This document shows, in pieces, positions 43,501 to 55,100 of a DNA stretch of 64,000 nt; the stretch's first letter is position 1, and each line of letters opens with the position of its first letter. A model generated the notes under the pieces. The model had not been told where the DNA came from, searched no databases, and worked only from the letters and a program-made list of their open reading frames with translations. Location: positions 1,414,106 to 1,478,105 of the forward strand of contig NW_002060950.1 of assembly GCF_000150275.1 (NCBI RefSeq). Reading direction: 5' to 3'. Made by a program: the position numbers and the translations under genes. Source of the DNA: Trichoplax adhaerens. Its lineage: Eukaryota; Animalia; Placozoa.

Positions 43501-46500
43501 AATACTATGTAGTAAAAGGAAATACAATAATTACAGACAGTATCATAAACACAATTATGGAATGCTCAATTAAGACCTTACCTGTAAATGCGGATGTTCC
43601 GCAGCAGCACTTTCTTTATTTAACTCATCGAGTACCTTACTAAATTGTTCGTTAAACGGTTCTGCTTTAAAAGGAAATTGTGTAGAAATTAACTGTTTCC
43701 CACATTTGGAAGGCTCCACTAATAAGCTTGCAATTAAGGGTGACCGTGTCACTGTCTGACTATCAGTCGTCGATCCATGCAAAGTCGAGACAGCTTGCTG
43801 CAAAATTGTTGTGATTGTTTTATCTTCCACTTCCTCTGAAATCGGTGTCGATTCTTCCTCCTAATCATTACCAATAATTAAATATTAAAATTAACGTCAT
43901 GGATATCTAATACGCGAATAGTGCAATGCATTGTCACCTCAGGTGATTCTTTTGAGTCATCCTTATCTAACAAACTATTACTATCTTCTTCTTCTTTACT
44001 ATCAATAGCAATTTCAGTTGTAGCAGCTAAAGTTGCTTCGATTTTTTGCGAATTTTGGGGTGTGCTTTGTTCCGTGGTCGTTGCGTCAGATTTCTCGTCA
44101 GACTGATCAGTTTCTTTAACAGCATCTTGTGGTGATTGTGAAGATCTTTCGCTTTTGCCAGCGTCATCTAAACTTTCTGTAATAAGTTAAGCTCTCTCTA
44201 GTTAGCCATCGATCTAATATTGCAGTAATTAATAAGTTATGAACGTGAAAATACTTGCCTGTAACACTGCTAGTAGCAGTAACATTTGTATCTACAAGGC
44301 GATCTTCTAACTTGCTATTATCACTTTCCGTAGGTTCTTCACCGGGCGATGACTTCTCTTGCTGCACTTCTACTTCAACTTTATTATCTTCAGTAGGCGA
44401 AGAATTGATCAATTCTGTCGTGCTTTCTTCTATGATAAGAATAAATTTTGTAAACACTGTTCATCTACTGCCAGATATGAAATTTTATAAGAGTACAACT
44501 AACGAAACTACACACGGAATACATACCATGCACAGGAGTCGTTACTTCAACTGATTCAATGATATCATCGGCTTCTTTTGCGGCTCTTTTTTGTCTTTTA
44601 GAGAAGCATTAGTTGCAGTATTAATATGAAATCTATGCCATAAGAGACATTCCTATTAAATATATTATACCACTATTAAATTATGATAAACTTACGCTTG
44701 AATTTCACTCCATATTGCTGGTAAGCTAGAATCTAATTTACCACTAATCATTTTCTGCTCCTCTTTTTTTAACTTCCTAATTGGAATACCGATAATAAGG
44801 TTAATGTGGTCTAAGGCTATTGCAACACAAATATTTGAAAGATCGTGGAATAGCTAACCGGTAAGTAGCATGATCATCATTAATCGCTCTTTTTAATTCT
44901 TCTATGCGGTCGTACGTTAGACGCCGAACAATTTGTTCACCAGGTGTTTCTAATCAAGTAAAATTTTAATTTTTCAGTACTGGACTTTTAAAATCAATGC
45001 AGAGCTACCTCTATATTACTACTTTACAATCATATCTCAATACAAACATATACTATTTTTATGATTTACTGATTAAGCACAATCCTTAAATATTTAATAA
45101 TACTACAATAACCTGCACCACCAAGATTACTTCTCTTTCTCCTGGTTGTATACGTATTTGCATAGATAAAGATATGCATTACAAATGTTAGCATTAATAA
45201 TTATAATTAGAGCACAGAAATCCCTGTCATTCTGCCTTTTTACACATTTTAAGAAATTCTAATTATCTGTAAATATTTTCGAATTCATTAATAAAAATTC
45301 TCATCCACTAACTTTGGTGTTGAGACTTTTTCCAACATCTTGGAATACTGGGCAGCACAATTCTACGTTTATATTAGATATATATTAAATTAAATTATTA
45401 TAGAAAGGAGTCAATATATTAGATAACTAATGCTGTGCTACTTAGTAGAGGAAATAGAACAAGAAAGTAATACAACAGTAGACATACCTTTTGCGAAAAG
45501 AACTCGGGTCCTCGCTTACGATCCATTAATGGTTTTATGGCTCTACTAACAGATACCCTATTCCATTGATCAACCCAACGATAGAAATATAATGACTTAG
45601 TATTTTATCTTAATTGTTATTACATATTAATCATTATATACAATAAATGCTTCTTCTTATGAAGATTATCTATTAGTGAATCTACCGTTGGTATACCAGT
45701 TTATTGCACTAATCGTACACTGTTAGCTATAGAACGATTACATAGATAGCAGAAAGTTCTCTATATTGATCCTAATTTGCTATACAACTATCTAGTACAG
45801 TACTATTTTGACTCCATCACTATAAAATATTGTGAATCTAATCTGGATGATGCTTGCATATAGCAATGCAACTATTATAACCGCCAGACTACATTACTCA
45901 GAACCAGTCATAAAGGATAATTCAATAACTCAATTACAATTATCATCGCCAGCGGCCCAAGACACACCGCCCTGTTTTCTTGACATTCACAACAAGTAAC
46001 TATGCATAATTATAATTATAATTAATTAATGAACCAAATCTGATTCTTGTAGATTATTGGAATATACGCATACAGAATGCAGTACGAATACTATGTACAT
46101 TTAAAGACTGCAGATCAAGGATTCCGATCACTAATGCGGTTAACATACTTTATAGCATAGTTAATTAAGAACAAGCAAAAACCACTCAATTCCTACAGAG
46201 TTGTATTACTCAATAGGGTAGCAGTGTCCTATGCAAATTACAGTACGTGAAATCCTTAGCAAAATTATTTGATTATTTCATGTTCTACGTATACGCTGCC
46301 AACATTGAGTCAATCCAATGTAGGGTATCCATATAATAAGGTCATTGTGCGCGTTTATGTCATTGCCATGATATAGAATCAATCTGAAGGTGACATAATG
46401 AAGGATACACCGTAATAGTATGTATAAAACTACTACGACTTTGCTAATAGTCATCTGATGAAATCATAGCAACTTGATTGTGCACCATTCGTGTGTGACT

Positions 46501-47877
46501 ATTAAAGGTAGTTAGTTATTGACGAATGGACTAACTGAATACAGTAGAGTCATTGTAGAATGAATAGGAAATAATTGTACTGTACATTGCAGTAGGTGGA
46601 AGTTCATGAAGTAGCTTGAATCGGGGACTAATTTACCTTACACGAGTCTGTGCTTGAAATGACTTGTTCAATTTCAACGTTCATTCTTATAGCGATAAGG
46701 TAGAAAAATGTATCTTTGACGGACACACCGTTACTGCAAGCATCAACGCCTAGAACTGGAAATGGCATCAGGCCCCTAGGTCGCTTGTAGCACGGACCAT
46801 TAGAGTTGTTTACAGTCCGTGCTTGTAATAGTCCATGACGGAAAAATTGAACCCGTGTTTGCTACTGTAGACGATTGTAAGCACAGTCATAATGAGTGGT
46901 GCAAGCTTGAAGCTTGGTATTGGTAATAACTAGTCTTGCTTTTTCAAACTATTGAATATCCAAATTTGCGTCAACACAGTACTACTGCATGTCCCCAAAA
47001 TCCTACCGTATAGCGTGAGTGTTGCTATGTCGGTCTTCCACTTACTAGTATCATCATTCAAAAATAATCGTCCATTACAGCATTGCTATGACAGTGTCAG
47101 TTCCATTCTTAGGTATAACAATTGAAACAAACTTGAATCTATCTTGCTTTTCAAAGTATGGACAGAGTCATATTACCGCTAGCAAGCATTGCTAAACTGG
47201 ATGAAGTGAAATTATTGCCTATCAAGCATTGATAATTACTTTTCATTGACGGCATCCATCCCACCACTCGATCGAGTAGAGTAGACTACATCGAAGACGC
47301 TATTACAACAGTGGCATTTGTTGAAGAAGACTGACGTTAGGCATGTAGACATACAATCAACTAGCATCTCGTTTCCATTATTTATGATTCACTAGCTATC
47401 AAATATTGATACAGGAAATATTGTGTCATGGGTGTTGTGTTCTTGGGTGCTTTGACTACCCCATTCTACTTTATTATTGAAAGACTACAAGGTTGGACAT
47501 GCCTTGATCAATATGAGCAAGCATTGAACTAGCTTTGAAGCAATGATGGATACTTGAATGATACAATATTCGTCTTGATCATTGTTACCATCCTTTCATT
47601 GAGCATTCTTTGGACATGAGCATTGAATAGAATAGTCAATCCTAACTAACTCATCTTACCAATTTTGATCACCACTACGTAGAACAGCAGAAGCTAAGAT
47701 CAGCTTCTCCCTGGTTGTCCATTCTTCACGGGATTGTGCAACAACCACTTTAGTTTCTGTCGAATCATCATCACAATCAATGAATATTTCCATCCATTTT
47801 TAGTTAGTCATATCAGACAATTTCAAAGTTGGATTGCACTTACTTTGTAATGGATGTCGATTAGTGATCGTTGTCAT
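40574..47877 (-). CDS. BRD8: Bromodomain-containing protein 8 (NuA4/TIP60 subunit)
   Basis: N-terminal exons (47844-47877, 47660-47756, 45488-45557, 45313-45362 and others) give EEWTTREKLILASAVLRSGDQNWVSVSRAIKP...FFSQKNCAAQYS...ETPGEQIVRRLTYDRIEELK, matching the BRD8 N-terminus. A low-complexity acidic middle (42000-44600) is followed by bromodomain exons (KKWKKAIML / ASIFLHPVTDDEALGYHEIVK / PMDLSTIRKLIDNG / IRTNLEFQRYVMLMFQNALMYN). The last exon ends KKAKRMKVGEAME*. Confidence 0.92.
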
Positions 47878-48349
47878 GGCTGCTGGACGTCACCACGGCG
47901 GCGGCGTCAGTGCTGTTGGAATATGACGATCGACTTGACTGCAAACGTTGACCGGCGAGCTTGACCGTCAGCAATTTGTCGTTGGCCAGCTGCAGCTTGA
48001 CTGTGTACAGTACCGCGCGAAACGGAGTACTGTAAACGTTTCTACAGGCGGTTAGCAAGGATACTTGTACTGTATTCTGCCTCCAGTAACGCAAGATGAA
48101 ATCGATATTCCTGTCTCTACTGTACAACCGATTCCTCTTGTAGTAACAAAAACAGTAGGAAAATCCAAGGTAGACTTGATCCTTGCACAGTTCGTATTCA
48201 AGTTGAATGAATCTGATCAATTCTGCAGATGATTGAACCAATGTCCAAATTGGTGGTCACAAAATTCACCAGTAGGAGACACTTTGTTGAACAAATTGAC
48301 TGTGTGTGCGTGAGAGTGGAGTGTGCTAGTCATGTCATGGTGTGCTTAC

Positions 48350-48965
48350 AGTACATTTACACAGTACAGTGCCGTACTGTGTACTGTAGTACTGTACTGT
48401 ACTGTACTGTACAGTACTGTATGTGCAGCGGTTTCTAAAATTCCAGAAATTGGGCCACTTTTGTACAGTGTACAGTGCAGTACTTACAGTATACACTGTA
48501 CACTGTACTGTACTGTACAGTCCGGCATCTTGTAATTCTACTGTATTTTACTACCTACTGTACAGTACTGTACTGTATTGCTGAAACTGCTCTCTTTGTG
48601 AGCCACCGTAAATTGATGCACGTTGGACAATCCACATGCTGGATATGAAATATTGTACAGTGTACTGTACAGATAAATTAATTAATGCACATTTGACACA
48701 ATCGACATGCTGGATATGAAATATTGTACAGTGTACACTGTACACTACAGATGAATTAATTAATGCACGTTTGACAATCCACATGCTGGATACTGTATGA
48801 AATACGCTACAGTACCGCACAGTATGAACATCCGTTACAGTACTGTACTGTACTGTACTGTACTGTACTGTACACTACTACATAACGATGATGAAGCAAA
48901 TTAAAGCACAGTACAGTACTGTACTCAACTTTACAGTACAATATACTGTGGACTATACACTGTAC
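48350..48965. promoter_or_regulatory. (TACAG/CTGTA)n-rich cluster upstream of BRD8
   Basis: This is the densest pentamer array in the window, including a pure (TACTG)6 run at 48841-48870. An ETS-like ACCGGAA lies at its distal edge (48964). Confidence 0.55.
48611..48792. repeat. Direct repeat, ~70-80-bp unit, ~2.5 copies
   Basis: AATT(A/G)ATGCAC.TT.GACAATCCACATGCTGGATATGAAATATTGTACAGTGTAC recurs at ~48611, ~48680 and ~48758 (last copy partial). Confidence 0.85.
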
Positions 48966-49480
48966 CGGAATTGGCGGTCAAAAATTGGCCTGACTTGTTG
49001 AAGCGATCAGTGCGGCTCGACGCCGGACTGCAGTCGGATCGAGCTGAGACCGACAGCACTATAGTTGGAAAGACCAAAGGGTTTGAACGTTCATGAGCAC
49101 TTACGGTAGTATACTGTAAGAACTGTACAGTGTGCAGAATTTCTTTCTTGAGAAATGGGTGTATACTTTTATTCAGATTTTTGCTGCAAATTTCTCAACA
49201 TTTTTAACGTGTAGAAAGAGGAAGGTCTAGTGAATTAGTTGACAGTGTACGGTATCCGTCAATGGGCCCAAGTTTTACCCTATCATCACTCTTAATAGAC
49301 GGTAGACGCAAAGCATTGTCCGTAAAGTAGACTGATCTAGGGTAATTCAGCAGCAGGGAATACGCAAAGAACGGTGCGTGACTTCAACTTGGTTACTAGG
49401 TTTAGCCATTTTAACATCGACTTAGGATACCATTAGGGTTAGGGGACGAGCTCGAGGCCAGGTAGGGAAAGCTTAAGCTT
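48960..49480 (-). ncRNA. Candidate structured non-coding RNA (telomerase-RNA-like hypothesis; strand uncertain)
   Basis: The segment has several nested inverted repeats, CCCTAACCCTAA (minus strand, 49433-49444), an Sm-like AATTTTTGA (minus strand, 48978-48986) and no ORF. Confidence 0.25.
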
Positions 49481-50973
49481 TAGTTTGATTCCAAACGCAT
49501 GTACAAATGCCAATGGGACGCATTCTCTGACTGCCTACAGGAACACCAACATATAGTACATAGGTAGAGACGTACAGTACAGCAATATGGAGGCGCACCA
49601 ACGATATTGCTACGTTAGGTAGATCAATAAATTGCAGAAATCTGCACTTTAAGCCATAATATATCACCCTAATTGCCCATCGTATCCAGCAATCAAAACT
49701 ACTGCAGTTCTTATTCACGTACTGATCACATTACAGCATTCATCAATTAAAAGAGGGTAGCGTATATTACCTTCAACTCAATCATAATCAAATAGTATTG
49801 ATGCATGATATAGATGATTAGTAGAATTACCAACTTGATGTACTTTTGTTTTTTAAATAAAGGCCATTTTATTTCTAATGAGTACAGAAAAGTAAATTGG
49901 TCATGGAAATTGATTGCCGCATCCAACAAGAATATTCTTCTATTATTAGCCTATGCATATAAGGAAGTGTTACACTTATGTGAAGTAACAAAATCGGTAC
50001 CAAACTAACTATCCTACTGTATATGACATATATGTCATTCATTACAAGTATAATTATTATAATGATGAGCAGATAGTCTATTGAATAGTTTGGTGGACAA
50101 CACAGTGTGTTAATGCCAACATAGGTTTAATTTAATAATAGCATATTAATAGTACGTTGCAATGGATCCAATAAAATCTTAGGGAAAGAAAATTCATTTT
50201 CTTCAATTATACGCATGATACACATAGCAGCTAATTAACATCGTAAGGGTTGACTTTTAGTTTATGGATATTTTATGATAAAGATAGAATGCTAAGATAG
50301 TATTTTATTCTTATTTGATTTATAATTGCCATATACTGTTGACTGTAAAGTCTATCTAAGCCAATCAAGGTATAGCGATAACAACTTAATTCATTCCATT
50401 TTCATCTCTCTATAGGGAATATTTTTACCTAATGAATAAGATGAATAAAATAGCTCACTGATCAACGAGTCACTACCTAGACTTCAAAATCTACATGATA
50501 ACTATCCTGTCAATATTCACTGGAGTTATTTAGCTTCCACTTAGCTACGCCTATTTATGAGAGTCTATTTTTCAATTGATAGAACTCTCACCTAACAAGG
50601 AAGCGAAATAATTAGACAGATAGATAATAAAAAAACCATATCTTTGTAATAGAATTATAATAGCCACTGTAGTTCAATCATTTCAATTTGTAGTACTGTT
50701 TTATTCCTATTGCAATGATATCCCTAAATTGGATAATAGCTTACTTTAAAATTAAGGTCATCACCTTTATATTGAAAGAAAATAATTATTATTAGCAGTC
50801 CACGTGTGTCCTATAAAATGGCAAATCCATCATCAACATGCAATAAATGGCTGAAGGTCTTTTATTCCCCCTAGATGAATATATCATAGGTGCCAATAAT
50901 ACATAAAATTATGCCATAATTACATGCGCGCATATCAGCGGCTAAGTAGAACGTTTTCAAAGCGATATTAACT

Positions 50974-52194
50974 TTAAGATACAGTCGAAGGCGTTAAATC
51001 TTCCAGCTCTAACTCTGTATTAGGAATAGAGTATTTCTTTGCACGGTCAAGTGGCAACGGTGATTGTACTACAGGAAAAGTTTTATGACGCCAGATATTA
51101 GTGCTATGTCGCCTTTTCTTACTCAGGAGGCTTGTAATATTATCCATTGACATTGGCGATCGTATAAAATAATTTGAACGATGATTTTCGCTTGCTTGAT
51201 GAACTTGTATATCTGGACAACGAAAATCACGTATAGTGGATGTTCTCCTGATAAATGATGATTTAGACTTCAACGAACCAGAACGACGACGATAGAGTTT
51301 ACCACCGACTAAGTCAGATAAGCACTGCTTGTAACATATTTTAAATTTTTCATGCATCAAGCCACATATTAATGGAAAAGTTGTCGAATGGATGGTAATC
51401 ATAAATGAGCTAATTATTATAACAGAGCGTGGTACAGGCACATACAACGGTAATAATATGTAGGCAACGATACCAATTGGCATAAAACAAATAAAAAATC
51501 CAACGTAAATGGATAAGATGGCTTTCGTTAAGCCTTTATCCTTACGCACAAAACTACAACTTTGATGTGTAACTTGCATACGTTTAGAATGCTTGTTGAC
51601 TGTTACTAATAAACGCCAATTTAATACACCACTAAATATAACAGGTAGTATAAAGCTCGTCGTTGAAAAAAATAACGTTATAAACAGATTATAATAGGGA
51701 TCAGGCATGCACATATAAGCACTTGGTATATAAACATAAGAGCCAACACCAACAAGAGGTAACATTGCACTAATTGCACTACCAAACCAGATAAAGCCAA
51801 TCGAAAAAAGAACCCTTCGTTTACTAATTGTGCGTTTCTGTGATCTAACTATAGCCAAATAGCGATAGACACTAATTGCTAGAATGGAAAAGACAGCTAC
51901 TAAAAATCCAACTACATTTATGAAACCGCTCAGTAAACAAATGCGAGGATGAAATGGCCATGTTTGTGTTAAAACCGACACAATCTTAAATGGTAATATT
52001 AAAAAGCCATACAATAAATTATTAATAGTTAAATTGATCAAAATATAGTTAATTGGAATCCTTAAACGGGGATAACGATAAAAGATAAATAATGTCCAGA
52101 CATTAAAAATAATAGTGGTCAATTCCATTATGCAATAACCAATAACCAAGAGTTCACTTAAAGGGAGGGCTGTTTTATTACTACTGTCGTTCAT
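50974..52194 (-). CDS. Intronless class A (rhodopsin-family) GPCR, opsin-like, 406 aa
   Basis: There are seven hydrophobic segments and N-glycosylation sequons at the N-terminus. ICL1/TM2 reads RLRIPINYILINLT, the TM3 Cys (WPFHPRIC) and ECL2 Cys are present, YRY sits at the DRY position, TM6 reads FFICFMP and TM7 ends FPLICGLMHEKFK. Confidence 0.95.
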   Translation of the reverse strand: MNDSSNKTALPLSELLVIGYCIMELTTIIFNVWTLFIFYRYPRLRIPINYILINLTINNLLYGFLILPFKIVSVLTQTWPFHPRICLLSGFINVVGFLVAVFSILAISVYRYLAIVRSQKRTISKRRVLFSIGFIWFGSAISAMLPLVGVGSYVYIPSAYMCMPDPYYNLFITLFFSTTSFILPVIFSGVLNWRLLVTVNKHSKRMQVTHQSCSFVRKDKGLTKAILSIYVGFFICFMPIGIVAYILLPLYVPVPRSVIIISSFMITIHSTTFPLICGLMHEKFKICYKQCLSDLVGGKLYRRRSGSLKSKSSFIRRTSTIRDFRCPDIQVHQASENHRSNYFIRSPMSMDNITSLLSKKRRHSTNIWRHKTFPVVQSPLPLDRAKKYSIPNTELELEDLTPSTVS

Positions 52195-55100
52195 GATAAT
52201 ATTGATCAGCGATGAAAACCTTTTATGAGAGTGATGTCGATGTTTATTTGCAACTTAAAGATAGACTAAAGCTTCAGCTACAAGCCGTCTATTTAATTTT
52301 AAATATTGTGTATTACCGTAATACTGCCGCTATCAGTCAAATTTAGCTCGATTATTGTTGTGATGCTTATTATTAAATAGCAGATAATCGTTTTTTAGAA
52401 GACCAATATCGATGAGTTATTAAGCTTCCGTGTTATACTTGCTAACAAGAAAATTTCAAACTCAACTACCAAAGCTAGACTAGTATAAATGATTTTCTTT
52501 TATTTCTTATATACGAGTATTGATATGGTAAGTCCTAGAACCAAAAAATTGATTGCGATATCATAAGAAATGATGAAATTAAGATTGAATTTTTTAAAGG
52601 TAACAAAAACTTTTTGCTCCCAATGTCAAGTTCGATATTAATACAGCAAATTGAGTATCAGCAGAAATGTAACCTTCACTCTTAAGCTTGATAAAGTAAC
52701 ACTGAAGGTGGTAACTTCAGTGTAGAGATCAATTTTCTAGTCTTTTGCAGCTGCTGGAGACTTTTAAGGCCCGTTGTATAGCCAAAGATATAAATTCTCT
52801 TCAGATGCTCGATGCACGAGTACAGTGCATAGCAGAAAGGAAGATAAATCAATTTAGCACTTCAATAGAATAGGTTTCATTCCGTCCGCATACCAGCCCG
52901 AAAATAATCAGATGTATTGTAACAGCTGTTTAGGAATAGCTTCCACGATTGTGATTAGCAAAAACTGACGCAAATGTATTTGCTTATCAACTATTTATAA
53001 TTTAAGTGGGTATATGGCGAAATGAATCTCAGATTTAGAATGAAATCATTATCGCTAGGGACAATACTAAATGATCACAGAAAACTTCGCCTTCAAGGAA
53101 ACATTAAAATTGATAAAAGCAATAAAATCACTTCTGCAAAGTTTATACCAAATAATTGTTTATAATTCGCCACCCCGGTCTACTTAATTTAATAGTCGCA
53201 ATAATAAGAGCCAATTAAATATCCGTTAATAAAAGCAACTTAGTGAACCTTAATGATTTGATCGGAAAAGCTAATGATAAGCTAATAACATGTCGATAAT
53301 TTCATTGTGCAGCATAAAATCTGCAACTTCATCCAGAGAAAATTAAAGCCGTACGTATTATCGGGTTAAACTTACTTGCTTAAATAATGATCCTGAAACA
53401 TAAAATGAACTGATACATTAGGCCGATTCGCATGATAGAAATACTGTACGTATAATATAGCTACATCAAAGAAGAGAAAACAGAAAATAGATAGATTTAG
53501 AAAAACAGAGGAAATATTTTGAAACTGATTTTCAGATTATGACAAGAATATATTATAATATTATTTGTGTTATTTAAAGTTATCGACAATATGGCTATTA
53601 AATATTAATCGAAAGCGTTATAAAATATTTTATGTCGTTAACTAACCTCATGTATAGCATGAAATTAGATTGGCAGTAATTAGAAAATGAATCACTCCTC
53701 TGGTTATGGATTAGAAATTTGTGCTGAATCACTATTCAACTTGTAATATTCTAATTAGTGTTAGATAACAATGTTTTACTTTCAAGATTATCTCATGAAC
53801 TGAAAATTTTCTCGGCATGCCTGTCAATATAATTTATCGGCAATAAAGAGTGGGCAGCTGGAAAGAATACATTATGCCTTATGCAACTAGCATCAAGATG
53901 AAATAGAACTATTGTTCGAAGTAATTATTAAGACCTCATTAGTAATATGGAAGCCATTTCTTTTCGATAGAAGGATTTCGAACGATCATTCAATAACGTG
54001 ACAATAGTCTGTCTAGAACACTAGATGATAATATAACAAAAAGTCATTAAAGTTATTGAAACTGTTAATCATTGTGAGCTCAGTGACAACCTAAAAGATT
54101 TCATTAATATTAACGGATGTTTACTTTGCAATGGCGTCATCATTGCCAATGAACTGTAGGCTAACGTTTTATTAAAATGCTAGCTACCTTTAGACAGATA
54201 GTTGTTGACTACACCTAAATGTTTTAAATTAATAAGACTGGGTAAGCTCAAGGGTTAATGACATCTATCCAGGTGAATAATTGCAGGAACTACCTTTAGA
54301 GAATGACGGTAACATCTCACTTCATTATAGATGAGTATTTGTATATTTTAATAGTCAGTCAGAGGCATACTTTTACTCATAATTTCATTCTAATTAGTGA
54401 GGCTTACAGCTCTAAAAGCTCATAAGAAATAATATCGTAGTCACGTCCACATTTGATGTTAATTGGTTAGGGTGTGTTTGGATCACATACTCTAGGTAAT
54501 CCGGATCCTATAGTCTAGTTGATCCAAATAGTTATTATGAACAGTCTCTTAAACAAGCTCTTGGAATAAAAGTCATCATAGCTATTATCGATACTTTCGG
54601 TTATTTATCACCCTAACGCAGTTATTATTTTTAAATTGTACCGTACTGAATATTATAGGTACTACAGTAAAAATTTTTGATAACATTAAAATTATTTTCT
54701 CGCTTTGGATAGGATGTAATGGAATGATGAATCGGTTCCGATACTAACAGCCAAATACGGAAAATGTGTATCCCGGCAGATAAGATCTAATAATAGTTGC
54801 CAGGATTCTCTTAATAGCTTACTGAATTCAAATAAACTTAAGTTCGACCATATTGCATAGCTTCCTTAATATCCTTAGAAACCGCTAAGAATGATTCTAT
54901 GGATCAAAGCGCTATTACATGTCTAAATAGAATTATCCATAATGAAATCACAACAAAAATATCTATTAAATTTTAATTTAAATTATGTTAATACTCTGCT
55001 ATCCTCTACTACAAATACTATTTAACATCGTATAAATTCTATTTAAAAAATACAAATAAAAACATCAATGGCTTTTGACATCGAAAGCTTTAGTCTACAA

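Noticed and set aside
42905-44554. Plus-strand hydrophobic ORFs
   Set aside because: They are antisense shadows of BRD8 low-complexity exons.
48229-48820. Several C/T/V/Y/L-rich ORFs (also 19058-19318, 32846-33635 and 6810-7049)
   Set aside because: They are translations of TACAG/CTGTA low-complexity DNA.
49218-49235. GGAAGGTCT resembling RNase P RNA CR-I
   Set aside because: I found no matching CR-V/P4 partner within a plausible distance.
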